A stretch of 63,889 bases of DNA, counting the filler, from a bacterium (lineage in GTDB: Bacteria > JAMOTN01), in NCBI GenBank assembly GCA_027062325.1. It is 3 parts of 3 records of this genome, joined end to end, with 100 filler letters (N's around TTAATTAATTAA, not from the genome) between each part and the next. Parts side by side here need not be neighbours in the genome. Positions count along the whole stretch, not along the records: positions 48,770 to 63,889 come from JAMOTN010000078.1; 2 more parts are not named here. The stretch is one strand, 5' to 3'. Shown piece after piece: positions 62,188 through 63,889 of the stretch. Under the pieces are notes generated by a model. The model was not told the DNA's origin, ran no database searches, and saw nothing but the letters and a program-made list of their open reading frames with translations. Numbering within the stretch: the first letter of the stretch is position 1; each line of letters starts with the position of its first letter. The translations under genes were made by a program, and so were the position numbers.

Positions 62188-63889
62188 TTATCCTCCTCCA
62201 AGAAGCTGAAGAACCATCTGTGGCCTTTGATTAGCCTGGGCAAGAATTGCCGTCCCCGCCTGTGATAGGATTTGTTCCTTAGTCATCTCTGCAGTTGCCT
62301 CAACGAAGTCTGTATCTCTAATACGGCTTTCTGCTGCTTGTAAGTTCTCATAAGCGTTCCTTAAGTAGTCAATTCTCTTTTGCAATCGGTTCATTAATGC
62401 ACCCAACTTACTTCTCTCTTCCGACACTGTAGCTATAGCTTTATCAAGCTTTCCTATTACTTCTTCAGCAGAAGCAGAGGACAATACATTCAAATCATCT
62501 ATCCCAAGAGCTTTAGCCCTCATATCACCTATCGACAACTCCAACACCTGATCCTGATTAGGTCCAACGTGCAACTGGAAGCGTGACTTACTACCTACGT
62601 AAAGCTCACCCTTTTCGGTATCAATTATTATCTTTCCATCTTGTCCTGTTGCATTCGCATTATTTATACTGAACACCAAATCGTCAAACGGCACACCATC
62701 GGCGTTTACTCTGACCATTACACCATCTGCTGTTACCTGAAGAGCATTTGTAGGATCGGATTCATCCCATATACTTACCACAGCATTTGAACCGTAATCT
62801 GTTGCATTAGCTGTAGAACCACTGGTATCCGACATATAAAGTTTTAAATACTGAGCAGATCCATAATCAGTTCTTCTTACAACAACACTGTTAGCATGGT
62901 AACTTGCCTCAATCCCAAGAGAACCGTACATGGACGTTACGTATTGGGCCACACTCTGCGCTGTCATTCCACTAAGTACAAATACAGCCGAGCCTTTATT
63001 GGTAATAAGACTTAGCTTTACTCCTTCTGTATTTGTAACTTCAATTCCAACAACTGAAGCCCTTCCAGCACTATGCAAGAGTGCCCAACCATAACTTCCT
63101 TCTTGCGTTCCTACACCAACACTCTTAAGATCAAAGCTTACACCTGTTGCTCCACTTTTTACCCATTTTACAATACTTGTTGTCGCATCTAACTCAAGTC
63201 TTATTCCATCAAACGGTTGATTTGGAGAGTCTACTACTAAGTAATTCCCATCAGCCTCAAATATTCCATTTACCCCAGCACTTGTAAGCGAGGAGAGTTT
63301 AACCAGTGCATCGGCCCCATAAGCTGATAAAGTATCTCCCACCTGCGACACAGCAAAACCAAAAGCCTTACTATCATTATCAGTAGCAGAAATCACTATT
63401 CTCGCATCCTCTCCATACTCATCGCCATATAGATATAATCTGTTGTTACTTGCCTTTGCAATAACTCCAACATCCAACGCATTTATCTTCTCTGCCAAAT
63501 CATGAGCACTCTCTCCACTTTCCTTATGTATCAAGTAACCATTTATTTTTATGCTAGCCTCAACACTTATGTTTACTGAACTGTCAGCCCCTATAAATGC
63601 TTTTTCTGCCGCTCTCATTATCTCAACGTGGTAACGCCCAGCCTGAGTATTATCGCTCTTTCCTATAAACTTAATCAACTCATTTGTACTCGTAAGTTTT
63701 GCTCCACCAAGAGAACCATCCAAAAGTTTCTTTGTATTAAACTCAGTAGTATTGGCAATTTTATCAACTTCATCTATCAACTGATTAATTTCGTCTTGAA
63801 TAGCTTTTCTGTCATCTAGAGTGTTTGTGTCATTAGCTGCTTGAATGGATAGCTCTCTTATACGCCTTAAAATCTCATGAAGCTGCCCC
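62188..63889 (-). CDS. fliC: large flagellin, 5' end outside the window
   Basis: TEFNTKKLLDG, HVGPNQDQ, RSKLGALMNRL, AESRIRDTD, ILAQANQ.PQ.VLQLL. Confidence 0.95.
   Translation of the reverse strand, partial: GQLHEILRRIRELSIQAANDTNTLDDRKAIQDEINQLIDEVDKIANTTEFNTKKLLDGSLGGAKLTSTNELIKFIGKSDNTQAGRYHVEIMRAAEKAFIGADSSVNISVEASIKINGYLIHKESGESAHDLAEKINALDVGVIAKASNNRLYLYGDEYGEDARIVISATDNDSKAFGFAVSQVGDTLSAYGADALVKLSSLTSAGVNGIFEADGNYLVVDSPNQPFDGIRLELDATTSIVKWVKSGATGVSFDLKSVGVGTQEGSYGWALLHSAGRASVVGIEVTNTEGVKLSLITNKGSAVFVLSGMTAQSVAQYVTSMYGSLGIEASYHANSVVVRRTDYGSAQYLKLYMSDTSGSTANATDYGSNAVVSIWDESDPTNALQVTADGVMVRVNADGVPFDDLVFSINNANATGQDGKIIIDTEKGELYVGSKSRFQLHVGPNQDQVLELSIGDMRAKALGIDDLNVLSSASAEEVIGKLDKAIATVSEERSKLGALMNRLQKRIDYLRNAYENLQAAESRIRDTDFVEATAEMTKEQILSQAGTAILAQANQRPQMVLQLLGGG

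Overview
The window is three contigs joined by artificial N-padded TTAATTAATTAA linkers (25283-25382, 48670-48769). It comes from an AT-rich, flagellated, piliated, LPS-making bacterium that is probably an anaerobic thermophile. It combines a diderm outer-membrane cluster with Firmicutes/Thermotoga-type genes; the lineage cannot be named from sequence alone. Contig 1 holds bioY, a six-tRNA operon, a small accessory block (a frameshifted HsdR_N-type nuclease with a SeqA-like tail, plus two paralogous orphan membrane proteins), hcp, a rubredoxin-rbr-dfx-prx oxidative-stress operon, tRNA-Arg/fliE, and a long run from yifB through obgE, tgt, queC, DUF366, rsbW/STAS, murJ and lepA. Contig 2 holds folD, pdp, a CCA enzyme, flgMN, the mlaEFD-bamA-skp-lpxD-lpxC/fabZ-lpxA cluster, coaX, dnaJ with a CIRCE, and pilBMNO(P). 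Contig 3 holds lysS, a zinc-ribbon/coiled-coil/NHL protein, era, mgtE, dtd, prfB, hpt, htrA, an NSS transporter and a large flagellin. The most striking unexplained signal is two unrelated, perfect 45-46 bp inverted duplications of coding sequence (9545-9590/9974-10019 and 30057-30101/31244-31288). Each pair brackets flagellar genes and contains a flagellar stop codon, so the flagellar ORF would survive inversion of the enclosed segment. Other notable observations are systematically extended pre-tRNA acceptor stems, an A_AAA_AAG frameshift in the nuclease gene, and two small genes missed by the ORF track. All family assignments come from motif recognition by eye, not database searches.
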